Notes under the pieces: generated by a model
Databases searched by the model: none
What the model saw: only the letters and a program-made list of their open reading frames with translations
What the model was told of the DNA's origin: nothing
Program-made: the position numbers and the translations under genes
Part shown: piece by piece, positions 11,400 through 20,000 of the stretch
How positions within the stretch are numbered: position 1 is the stretch's first letter
Layout: each line of letters begins with the position of its first letter
From: Malacoraja senta
Taxonomy: Eukaryota
Length of the DNA: 20,000 nucleotides
Direction: 5' to 3'
NCBI GenBank assembly: GCA_038087875.1
Contig: JAXLNO010000316.1
Location: 234,257-254,256 of the forward strand

Positions 11400-12470
11400 A
11401 GAAGGTAGTTGAGGCCAGTTCATTGGTTATGTGATGAAGTTGGTCACACCATAAGATGGTGTCGAAGATTCAAGAAGAAGGAATATAAAGAAAGGGTGGA
11501 TTTCTTAAAAGAGATGGGAATCTGTTTTGGATGTTTGAAAAAAGGACACATGGTTAAAGACTGCAAGAGTCCTATAATTTGTGATAAGTGCAAGCAAAAT
11601 AATCCTGAAACACTTCACACTGTAAAGAAGAAACCGGAACAAATAGAACAGAAGGAGAAGCCAGCTACTAGTGATGCTGTCACCCAATAACTGCTCATAT
11701 TGGGGCCGGGGTAGAAGCCTGTATCTTCTCTATCTAACCAGTACAGTTAAGGAATAGCAAGATGAATAAAGTGTTACAAACATATGCATTATTGGATCAC
11801 GGAAATTCGGCTAACTTTTGCACAGAAGGCTTGATGAGAAGGCTGGACATCACAGGAATGAAGAGAAGGAGTGCATTAGTCATTACATTACAAGTATGGA
11901 GATATCCAGTCTGGATGAAGATAATTGTATACCAATATCTGAAGTGTTTACACATGATACCATACCTGTTGGTCATCAAAATATAGCCAGACATGAGGAC
12001 TTGAGACAATGGCCTTACATGAATGATGTCAAAATATCTAAAATAAATTCTGATATTAACCTACTTATCGGAATGAATGCTTTGAAGGCATTGGAACCTA
12101 TACAGATTGTGAGGAGCCAAGATGGTAGACCGTTTGCTATGAAAACCCTACTAGGATGGGTTATCTATGACTCCTTGAGAAGGAACAACGAAAGCTGGAA
12201 CCAGAAGAACTACCCTGCTGCTGCTGCTGTTAATCAAATATCTACTGGTAAATTAGAAAAGCTATTGATTAAGCAATACAATCATGACTTCAATGAAAGT
12301 ACCAGTAAGGAATCTGAAGAAATGTCCAGGGAAGAGTTGAAGTTCTTGGATATTATGAACTACTCAGTAAAGATGATAGACGGACATTATTGTCTGGACT
12401 TTCCTTTCAAACAAGAAAGTGTTAGTCTGACGAATAATCGTCGTATGGCAGAGCAACGCACCCAGAATTT
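11400..12470 (+). mobile_element. BEL/Pao LTR retrotransposon, 5' piece (gag zinc knuckles, protease), degenerate
   Basis: Triple Cys/His knuckles (LCDEVGHTIRWC, CFGCLKKGHMVKDC, CDKCKQNNPETLH), protease-like YALLDHGNSANF, and PFAMKTLLGWVI. Contains stops and frameshifts. Confidence 0.9.
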
Positions 12471-12572
12471 ATACATAGATACATAGATACATAGAAAATA
12501 GGTGCAGGAGTAGGCCATTCGGCCCTTCGAGCCTGCACCGCCATTCAATATGATCATGGCTGATCATCCAAC

Positions 12573-15509
12573 TCAGTATCCCATACCTGCCTTCTCTCCA
12601 TACCCCCTGATCCCTTTAGCCACAAGGGCCACATCTAACTCCCTCTTAAATATAGCCAATGAGCTGGCCTCAACTACCCTCTGTGGCAGAGAGTTCCAGA
12701 GATTCACCACTCTCTGTGTGAAAAAGTTTTTCCTCATCTCGGTCTTAAAGGATTTCCCCCTTATCCTTAAGCTGTGACCCCTTGTCCTGGACTTCCCCAA
12801 CATCGGGAACAATCTTCCTGCATCTAGCCTGTCCAACCCCATAAGAATTTTGTACGTTTCTATAAGATCCCCTCTCAATATCCTAAATTCTAGCGAGTAT
12901 AAGCCAAGTCTATCCAGTCTTTCTTCATATGAAAGTCCTGACATCCCAGGAATCAGTCTGGTGAACCTTCTCTGCACTCCCTCTATGGCTATAATGTCCT
13001 TCCTCAGATTTGGAGACCAAAACTGTACGCAATACTCCAGGTGTGGTCTCACCAAGACCCTGTACAACTGCAGTAGAACCTCCCTGCTCCTATACTCAAA
13101 TCCTCTTGCTATGAAGGCCAACATACCATTCGCTTTCTTCACTGCCTGCTGCACCTGCATGCCTACTTTCAATGACTGGTGTACCATGACACCCAGGTCT
13201 CGCTGCACCTCCCCATTTCCTAATCGGCCACCATTTAGATAATAGTCTGCCTTCCCGTTTTTGCCACCAAAGTGGATAACCTCACATTTATCCACATTAT
13301 ACTGCATCTGCCAAACATTTGCCCACTCACCCAGCCTATCCAAGTTACCTTGCAGTCTCCTAGCATCCTCCTCACAGCTAACACTGCCCCCCAGCTTAGT
13401 GTCATCCGCAAACTTGGAGATGTTGCTTTCAATTCCCTCGTCCAGATCATTAATATAAATTGTAAATAGCTGGGGTCCCAGCACTGAGCCTTGCGGTACC
13501 CCACTAGTCACTGCCTGCCATTTTGAAAAGGACCCGTTTACTCCTACTCTTTGTTTCCTGTTTGCCAGCCAGTTCTCTATCCACATCAATACTGAACCCC
13601 CAATACCGTGTGATTTAAGTTTGTATCCTAATCTCTTATGTGGTACCTTGTCGAAAGCCTTCTGAAAGTCCAGATACAACACATCCACTGGTTCTCCCCT
13701 ATCCACTCTACTAGTTACATCCTCGAAAAATTCTATAAGATTCGTCAGACACGATTTACCTTTCGTAAATCCATGCTGACTTTGTCCAATGATTTCACCA
13801 CTTTCCAAATGTGCTGTTATCCCATCTTTAATAACTGACTCTAGCAGTTTCCCCACTACCGATGTTAGACTAACTGGTCTGTAATTCCCCGTTTTCTCTC
13901 TCCCTCCCTTCTTAAAAAGTGGGGTTACGTTTGCTACCCTCCAATCCTCAGGTACTACTGCAGAATCTAAAGAATTTTGAAAAATTATCACTAATGCATC
14001 CACTATTTCTGGAGCTACTTCCTTAAGTACTCTGGGATGCAGCCTATCTGGCCCTGGTGATTTATCGACCTTTAATCCATTCAATTTACCCAACACCACT
14101 TCCCGACTAACCTGGATTTCACTCAGTTCCTCCATCTCCTTTGACCCGCGGCCCCCTGCTATTTCCGGCAGATTATTTATGTCTTCCTTAGTGAAGACGG
14201 AACCAAAGTAGTTATTCAATTGGTCCGCCATATCCTTGTTCCCCATGATCAATTCACCTGTTTCTGACTGCAAGGGACCTACATTTGCTTTAACTAATCT
14301 CTTTCTCTTCACATATCTATAAAAACTTTTGCAGTCAGTTTTTATGTTCCCTGCCAGTTTCCTTTTATAATCTATTTTCCCTTTCCTAATTAAGCCCTTT
14401 GTCCTCCTCTGCTGGTCTCTGAATTTCTCCCAGTCCTCTGGTATGCTTCTTTTTCTGGCTAATTTGTACGCAACATCTTTTGCTTTGATACTATCCCTGA
14501 TTTCCCTTGTTATCCACGGATGCACTACCTTCCCTGATTTATTCTTTTGCCAAACTGGGATGAACATTTTTTGTAGTTCATCCATGCAGTCTTTAAATGC
14601 CTTCCATTGCATATCCACCGTCAACCCTTTTAGAACTAATTGCCAGTCAATCTTGGCCAATTCACGTCTCATACCCTCAAAGTTACCTTTCTTTAAGTTC
14701 AGAACCGTTGTTTCTGAATTAACAATGTCACTCTCCATCCTAATGAAGAACTCAACCATATTATGGTCACTCTTGCCCAAGGGGGCACGCACAACAAGTC
14801 TGCTAACTAACCCTTCCTCATTACTCAATACCCAGTCTAGAATAGCCTGCTCTCTCGTTGGTTCCTCTACATGTTGGATTAGATAACTATCCCTCATACA
14901 TTCCAAGAAATCCTCTTCCTCAGCACCCCTGCCAATTTGATTCACCCAATCTATATGTAGATTGAAGTCACCCATTATAACTGTTTTGCCTTTGTTGCAC
15001 GCATTTCTAATTTCCTGTTTGATGCCATCCCCAACTTCACTACTACTGCTAGGTGGCCTGTACACAACACCCACCAGCGTTTTCTGCCCCTTAGTGTTTC
15101 GTAGCTCTACCCATACCGATTCCACATCCTCCAAGCTAATGTCCTTCCTTTCCACTGCGTTAATCTCCTCTCTAACCAGCAACGCTACCCCACCTCCTTT
15201 TCCTTTCTCTCTATCCCTCCTGAATATTGAATATCCCTGGATGTTCAGCTCCCAGCCTTGGTCACCCTGGAGCCATGTCTCCGTGATCCCAACTATATCG
15301 TAATCATTAATTGCTATCTGCACGTTCAACTCATCGACCTTATTACGAATGCTCCTTGCATTGAGACACAAAGCCTTCAGGCTTGTTTTTACAACGCTCT
15401 TACCCCTTATACAATTATGTTGGAAAGTGGCTCTTTTTGATTTTTGCCCTGGATTTGTCTGCCTGCCACTTTTACTTTTCACCTTGCTACCTATTGCTTC
15501 CGCCCGCAT
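12573..15509 (-). CDS. CR1 ORF2: APE endonuclease + reverse transcriptase, intact
   Basis: LNARSIRNK, GITETW, GVVYRPP, MGDFN and SDH (APE); KSPGPD, NYRPVSLTS, GVPQGS and FADD (RT). Start given at the first ATG (15509). The frame is open upstream through the ORF1 stop to at least 15872, so the true start is uncertain. Confidence 0.95.
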   Translation of the reverse strand: MRAEAIGSKVKSKSGRQTNPGQKSKRATFQHNCIRGKSVVKTSLKALCLNARSIRNKVDELNVQIAINDYDIVGITETWLQGDQGWELNIQGYSIFRRDREKGKGGGVALLVREEINAVERKDISLEDVESVWVELRNTKGQKTLVGVVYRPPSSSSEVGDGIKQEIRNACNKGKTVIMGDFNLHIDWVNQIGRGAEEEDFLECMRDSYLIQHVEEPTREQAILDWVLSNEEGLVSRLVVRAPLGKSDHNMVEFFIRMESDIVNSETTVLNLKKGNFEGMRRELAKIDWQLVLKGLTVDMQWKAFKDCMDELQKMFIPVWQKNKSGKVVHPWITREIRDSIKAKDVAYKLARKRSIPEDWEKFRDQQRRTKGLIRKGKIDYKRKLAGNIKTDCKSFYRYVKRKRLVKANVGPLQSETGELIMGNKDMADQLNNYFGSVFTKEDINNLPEIAGGRGSKEMEELSEIQVSREVVLGKLNGLKVDKSPGPDRLHPRVLKEVAPEIVDALVIIFQNSLDSAVVPEDWRVANVTPLFKKGGREKTGNYRPVSLTSVVGKLLESVIKDGITAHLESGEIIGQSQHGFTKGKSCLTNLIEFFEDVTSRVDRGEPVDVLYLDFQKAFDKVPHKRLGYKLKSHGIGGSVLMWIENWLANRKQRVGVNGSFSKWQAVTSGVPQGSVLGPQLFTIYINDLDEGIESNISKFADDTKLGGSVSCEEDARRLQGNLDRLGEWANVWQMQYNVDKCEVIHFGGKNGKADYYLNGGRLGNGEVQRDLGVMVHQSLKVGMQVQQAVKKANGMLAFIARGFEYRSREVLLQLYRVLVRPHLEYCVQFWSPNLRKDIIAIEGVQRRFTRLIPGMSGLSYEERLDRLGLYSLEFRILRGDLIETYKILMGLDRLDAGRLFPMLGKSRTRGHSLRIRGKSFKTEMRKNFFTQRVVNLWNSLPQRVVEASSLAIFKRELDVALVAKGIRGYGEKAGMGY

Positions 15510-15688
15510 TTTGCACCCCTCTGTTTCTCTGCTCACCCATTTAAGAACCCCACCACCTCTTATTCTCTGTTTATTATTGTTTTCTTCTTTCCCCCCTACA
15601 TGTTGGGTCTGAGTGCTTTCCTTCTCTGCCTCCTGCCTCACACACTGTGTAATAGCATTCTCTATTTGAGTCCCTCCCCCCAACCATT

Positions 15689-15698
15689 CTAGTTTAAA
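15689..15698 (-). promoter_or_regulatory. Candidate -1 ribosomal frameshift site T_TTA_AAC_TAG at the ORF1 end
   Basis: ORF1 codons ACT TTA AAC TAG. The -1 frame (GAC TTT AAA CTA GAA TGG) is the ORF2 frame. Confidence 0.5.
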
Positions 15699-16611
15699 GT
15701 CTCCCCAGTAGCCTTTGCAGATCTCGCCACCAGGATATCGGTCCCCCTCAGGTTCAAGTGCAACCCATCCTTTTTGTACAGGTCGAACCTTCCACAAAAG
15801 AGGTCCCAATGATCCAGAAATTTGAATCCCTGCCTTCTGCACCAGTCCTTCAGCCACGCATTTATCCTCCACCTCGCTCCATTCCTACTCTCACTGTCGC
15901 GTGGCACAGGCAGTAATCCCGAGATTGTTACCTTCGCTGTCCTTCTCTTTAACTCCCCTCCTAACTCCCTAAATTCTCCTTTCAGGACCTCTTCTCTTTT
16001 TTTACCTATGTCATTGGTACCTATATGGGCTCCTCTCCCTGCCCTTTCAGGATGTCTTGGACACGTTGAGACACATCACAGACCCTGGCACCAGGGAGGC
16101 AAACTACCATCCGGGTCTCCCGACTGCGTCCACAGAATCGCCTGTCTGACCCCCTAACTATAGAGTCCCCTATTAATATTGCCCTCCTCTTCTTTTCCTT
16201 ACCCTTCTGAGCAACAGGACCGGTCTCTATACCGGAGGCCCGGCCGCTGTCGCTACCCCCAGGTAGGCTGTCCACCCCAACAGTGCTCAAACAGGAGTAC
16301 TTATTGTCAAGGTGTACAGCCACCGGGGTACTCTCTAGTCCCTGGCTGTGCCCCTTGCCTCTCCCAACCGTGATCCACTTGCCTGCCTCCTGTGGTGTTG
16401 GAGTGACCACATCCCTGTAACTCCTCTCGATGACTTCCTCGCTCTCCCTGACCAGACGGAGGTCATCGAGCTGCTGCTCCAGGTTCCTAATACGGTCCAT
16501 TAGGAGCCCCATCTCGATACACCTGGCGCAGATGTGGACGTCTGGAGGGCTATCATACTCCATGACTTCCCACATCTGACATCCAGAACAGTAAACTGCC
16601 CTGGCCCTCAT
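15689..16611 (-). pseudogene. CR1 ORF1 (zinc finger/leucine zipper + SGNH esterase-like), frameshifted at ~16030
   Basis: CSGC...CARC, LMDRIRNLEQQLDDL, IGDSIVRG, CLPGARV. A short deletion then shifts frame just before HIGTND...DGLHLN...GETLN*. Confidence 0.9.
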
Positions 16612-16778
16612 ACTGCCCTTACCCTGGATAGAATATAAAATAAACTGCTACAATACAGTACAATCAGCAGGGATCTGACTCCCAATCAGCTGCTCCCTCT
16701 TGCCTGCGTCCACCAATCAGCGGCTTCCTAAAACCCACTTGTTTTTGAAGTGGGACTTGGAACGTTACAGATTTGGGT

Positions 16779-17296
16779 TCCTTTTTAACTCCTACCGCTC
16801 GTGTGTAGCTCCTCCCTCTGCGACCTCTCCAACGGCTCTTGGGCCTCTGTAAGGAACAAGCCCCGTGCTCCTTTTTAACTCCTACCGCTCGTGTGTAGCT
16901 CCTCCCTCTGCGACCTCTCCAACGGCTCTTGGGCCTCTGTAAGGAACAAGCCCCGTGCTCCTTTTTAAGTCCTACCGCTCGGGTGTAGCTCCTCCCTCTG
17001 CGATCTCTCCAATGGCTCTTGTGCCTCTGTAAGGAACAAGCCCCGCGCTCCTTTTTAAGTCCTACCGCTCGGGTGTAGCTCCTCCCTCTGCGATCTCTCC
17101 AACGGCTCTTGGGCCTCTGTAAGGAACAAGCCCCGCGCTCCTTTTTAACTCCTACCACTCGGGTGTAGCTCCTCCCTCTGCGATCTCTCCAACGGCTCTT
17201 GGGCCTCTGTAAGGAACAAGCCCCGCGCTCCTTTTTACTCCTACCGCTCGGGTGTAGCTCCTCCCTCTGCGATCTCTCCAACGGCTCTTGGGCCTC
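16779..17296 (-). repeat. Tandem 90-bp monomers (~5.7 copies) forming the CR1 5' end
   Basis: Unit landmark ctttttaa[c/g]t recurs at 16781, 16871, 16961, 17051, 17141 and 17231 (last copy has a 1-nt deletion and is truncated at the TSD). Few substitutions. Confidence 0.97.
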
Positions 17297-18686
17297 AATT
17301 TGAAACGTAATTTGGCAAGGATACAAAATGTCATGAGGAATATACGTCCTTCCTAAAGGATATGATTGATAATGATTATGCCGAAATGGTAAAAACAAAC
17401 CAACTGAATTGAAGTGATGAATAGCTATGGTACATTCCACACCATGGGGTGTATCACTCGAAGAAAGGGACCTTGAAGGTGGTCTTTGACTGTGCCGCAG
17501 TCTTCAAAGAAACGTCACTTAACTGTCAATTACTGCAAGGTCCAGACCTTACCAACTCACTCATTGGAGTTCTCATTAAATTCAGACCAGAACCAATTGC
17601 TTTGTTGGCTGATATCTGAGCCATATTTCATCAAGTCAAAGAATCAAAAAATCACATTGACTACCTGCGATTCTTATAGTGGCCTGAAGGGGATGTACAA
17701 CAAGATCTTGTCGAATACCGGATGAAGATACATCTCTTTGGAGCAGTGTCATCACCAAGTTGTGCAAACTTTGCATTAAAGAAAACCACAGAGGACAATA
17801 AAGTTCACTTTACAGAGGAAGTGATAACCACTTTGAGGAATAATTTCTATGTGGATGATTGCTTAAAATCCATGGCTACTGGGCAGGAAGCAATTCAAAT
17901 GGAACATCTGACTTCCCTTTGCAAAATGGAAGAATTCTCGCTTTCCAAGTGGATCAGCAACAGTTGTGTTATATTGGAAAGCATTCCACCAGATGATAGA
18001 GCCAAAGAGACCAGAGAGTTGGATTTGGTCAAAGACAATTTGCAAATGGAAAGAGCATTGGGAGCTACTAATGTTTCACAATGGAAATATGTTAACACAA
18101 AAGACAATTCTGCAGATGAAGCATCTAGAAGACTGACAGTGAACCACTTCTTAAGCAATAAGTGATGGCTCAATGGACCAGAGTTTCTCTGTAAGCCACA
18201 CAGAGAATGGCCAAAACTTGAGCTGGGAATTGAAATCTCTGCTAATGATCCGGAAATTAAACAAAACCTAACAATGAACGTTATTGCTAAATATCCTATT
18301 ATTCTCTCGAAGGATTTTCACAATTCAACATTATTGTTACAACATATCCATGAGTTGATCGGACATGGAGGAAGAAGTTTCATGCCATCAAAACTTTGGG
18401 CTTTTGTGTTTTGGACTATATACTGAGTATCATGCCTGATGTTAAGGGTTTGGTGCGCACGGTACGACTTCAAACTAAAAACAATGTTTTAATAAGACCA
18501 ATAACCAAATTATGCTTGCTTCTAGAAGGCAAAGGTGAAGATGGAAGAATCGCTGAAGAAGTCTGAATGAGGATATATAATGCATGCTAATTTTTGTTTT
18601 TGAAATATGTTAAGCCTTCATAGCTACTTTTTTGATGTCTATTAGTAATTGCCTCGTTATATACTCAGAACAATTAAGGACCGGTA
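17297..18686 (+). mobile_element. BEL/Pao LTR retrotransposon, 3' piece (RT, remnants of RNase H and integrase), degenerate
   Basis: [42 protein letters not shown] (17848-17859), QWKYVNTKDNSADEASR, WLNGPEFL, HIHELIGHGG, GLVRTVRL...RPITKLCLL. Stop at 17617-17619. Confidence 0.92.
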
Positions 18687-19047
18687 TGTAGTGGCCATTT
18701 GGCATAATTTTATGTGTCATAAATTATGGCATTTGCCTTTCAATTTTGTCTGTCTGCAATTATGTGGGTGGGATTTATTATGTGTGTTTGCTGCGGAGAT
18801 ACGTGGGTGAAGTTTGCAGTTTTTTAGTTAGTTCGGAGGAGGCATGGGGGGCCATGTGGAGATAAACGGAGCTTTCGAGAGGAGGGTCAGAGCCACATGC
18901 GGAGCCTTCTAACATTGATCAGTCTGGATGAATATCTTATTGTTTTACTCTGCCAATAAAGAAACTATTAATCAAGAGAATGTGTTTGAAAATGTATCCT
19001 TCGACGTCGTTGAAAGTCTCGTGGAGAGCTCCCATGCATAAACGACA
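18687..19047 (+). repeat. Putative 3' LTR of the BEL/Pao element (~361 bp)
   Basis: Starts TGT right after a purine-leaning PPT-like tract (aattaaggaccggta), has AATAAA at 18955-18960, and ends ...ACA at 19047. No 5' LTR is present to confirm the boundaries. Confidence 0.6.
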
Positions 19048-19275
19048 TGATTTCCTCACCCCATGTTTTCTCCTAGTGGCTTGAGGCAGCGGCAGAAATC
19101 GCTATCAAAATATTGGGGGGACACAATTTCTTGCCGGCCTGTGCATGCACACAAACACACGCAAGGCTTCGGAGTCTTTGCCCGTGGGCCCTGTGGACGG
19201 CAACATCAAGAGCTGACATGGTTGGTGACCGACTCCAAACACCACCAACAGCAGCTTCATCCGCCCTGAATCATG

Positions 19276-19437
19276 GGGCTTGAATCGGCCCGTTCACGGG
19301 GCCTTTCATCGCCCGGCGTGACTTAAAATCGGCCGGCGGGGGCTTCAACATCGGAAGCATCGATCGCCTCGATGCAGCAGTTTGATTTTAAGCCGCGCCG
19401 GGCGATGAAAGGCCCCGCGAACGGGCCGATTCAGCCC
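19276..19437. repeat. Long GC-rich inverted repeat (54-55 bp arms, 53-nt spacer with inner hairpin)
   Basis: Left arm 19276-19330 vs right arm 19384-19437: 3 substitutions + 1 indel. Inner stem GCATCGA-tcgcc-TCGATGC at 19357-19375. Confidence 0.92.
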
Positions 19438-19908
19438 TCAGGAAGCGTCTGATATCTGCTTGAATCTTTCAAACTCTACAATGTGATAAATAACACTAAA
19501 ACAAATAAAACTGAAGCAAATAAAGGCAAACAGAAGAACCAACCTTGGAGGGGGGAGAGAGAGAAAGATGGGGGAAAAATACTAAATAACGTGAGTGACC
19601 GAATGAATTACTTACGTGCAAGCCAGCCAGGAAACCTATTCGACCGGATTCCTTAATGACCTGACCGGTTTAAATCGATACCCGTTTAAATCTTTCCCAT
19701 CCACCAATACATCCAATTAGTTTGAATGCTAATTGTACCCACATCACACAGCTTTGGAAGGTCAAAACACAATTGGTGACACATCGTGCTAATATGGTGT
19801 TAATAGAGACATTTCACAAGCGCTTAACAGCGACACCCCTGACTGTCGTGGAAAGCGGAGATTTTAATCGGGTTTTTTTCACCGAATTTCAAAATCCGGA
19901 TTACAAAA

Positions 19909-19985
19909 CATGGGGGGGATTGTCCACCACCTCTCAAAACGGAGGGGATGTGCCCCCCCCCCCCCCCGAGGATTTCCGTCCATGG
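19909..19985. mobile_element. Possible terminus of a non-autonomous DNA transposon (hAT-like MITE)
   Basis: Minus strand CATGGACGGAAATCC followed by long G runs resembles MITE termini. The partner TIR and TSD were not found. Confidence 0.3.
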
Positions 19986-20000
19986 CTTGAGGGAGCAATT

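Larger units (their letters stand above)
12471..17296 (-). mobile_element. Apparently full-length CR1 LINE (4826 bp) nested in the BEL/Pao element
   Basis: 5' monomer array, 5' UTR, ORF1, ORF2, 3' UTR stem GGTGCAGG...CCTGCACC, (CTATGTAT)n tail. TSD AATTT at 12466-12470 and 17297-17301. Removing it rejoins the BEL frame as AEQRTQNLKR. Confidence 0.95.

Noticed and set aside
10132..15692. Numerous + strand ORFs of 60-147 aa overlapping CR1
   Set aside because: They are antisense shadows of CR1 ORF2 with no recognisable domains.
16779..17296. CRISPR-like array
   Set aside because: Units are contiguous near-identical tandem repeats with no unique spacers. The context is eukaryotic and there are no cas genes.
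16664..17440. 258-aa protamine-like basic protein ORF
   Set aside because: It arises from a 90-bp (3n) repeat. Its start lies in antisense BEL sequence across the insertion junction.
19600..19670. Minus-strand donor-like CAC|GTAAGT as a leader or signal-peptide exon
   Set aside because: No supporting acceptor, start codon or hydrophobic signal peptide was found.

Overview
Eukaryotic, repeat-rich genomic DNA. The repeat content (CR1 LINEs with esterase ORF1, Penelope-derived repeats) suggests a cartilaginous fish such as a skate or ray; this is an inference. The left half (1-9053) carries, on the minus strand, six single-exon group-B scavenger receptor cysteine-rich (SRCR) domains of a CD163/WC1/DMBT1-like gene. 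The complete exons are 312-315 nt and phase 1-1. There is also a probable 75-nt linker exon with a GC donor. The most 5' SRCR exon seen has an in-frame TGA, and one domain has lost the C2-C7 cysteine pair. The right half (9371-19047) is a nested transposon stack. A deleted BEL/Pao LTR retrotransposon, with only its 3' LTR left, is split by a ~4.8-kb apparently full-length CR1. That CR1 has a 5-bp TSD, an intact ORF2, a frameshifted ORF1 and ~5.7 copies of a 90-bp 5' monomer. Two further CR1 pieces adjoin the BEL. The best leads are: a correctly phased U_UUA_AAC -1 frameshift heptamer at the CR1 ORF1/ORF2 junction, present in two copies; the 5' monomer array; hammerhead-like cores in Penelope-derived repeats; and a 54-bp inverted-repeat hairpin at 19276-19437. 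I see no clearly new multi-gene system.
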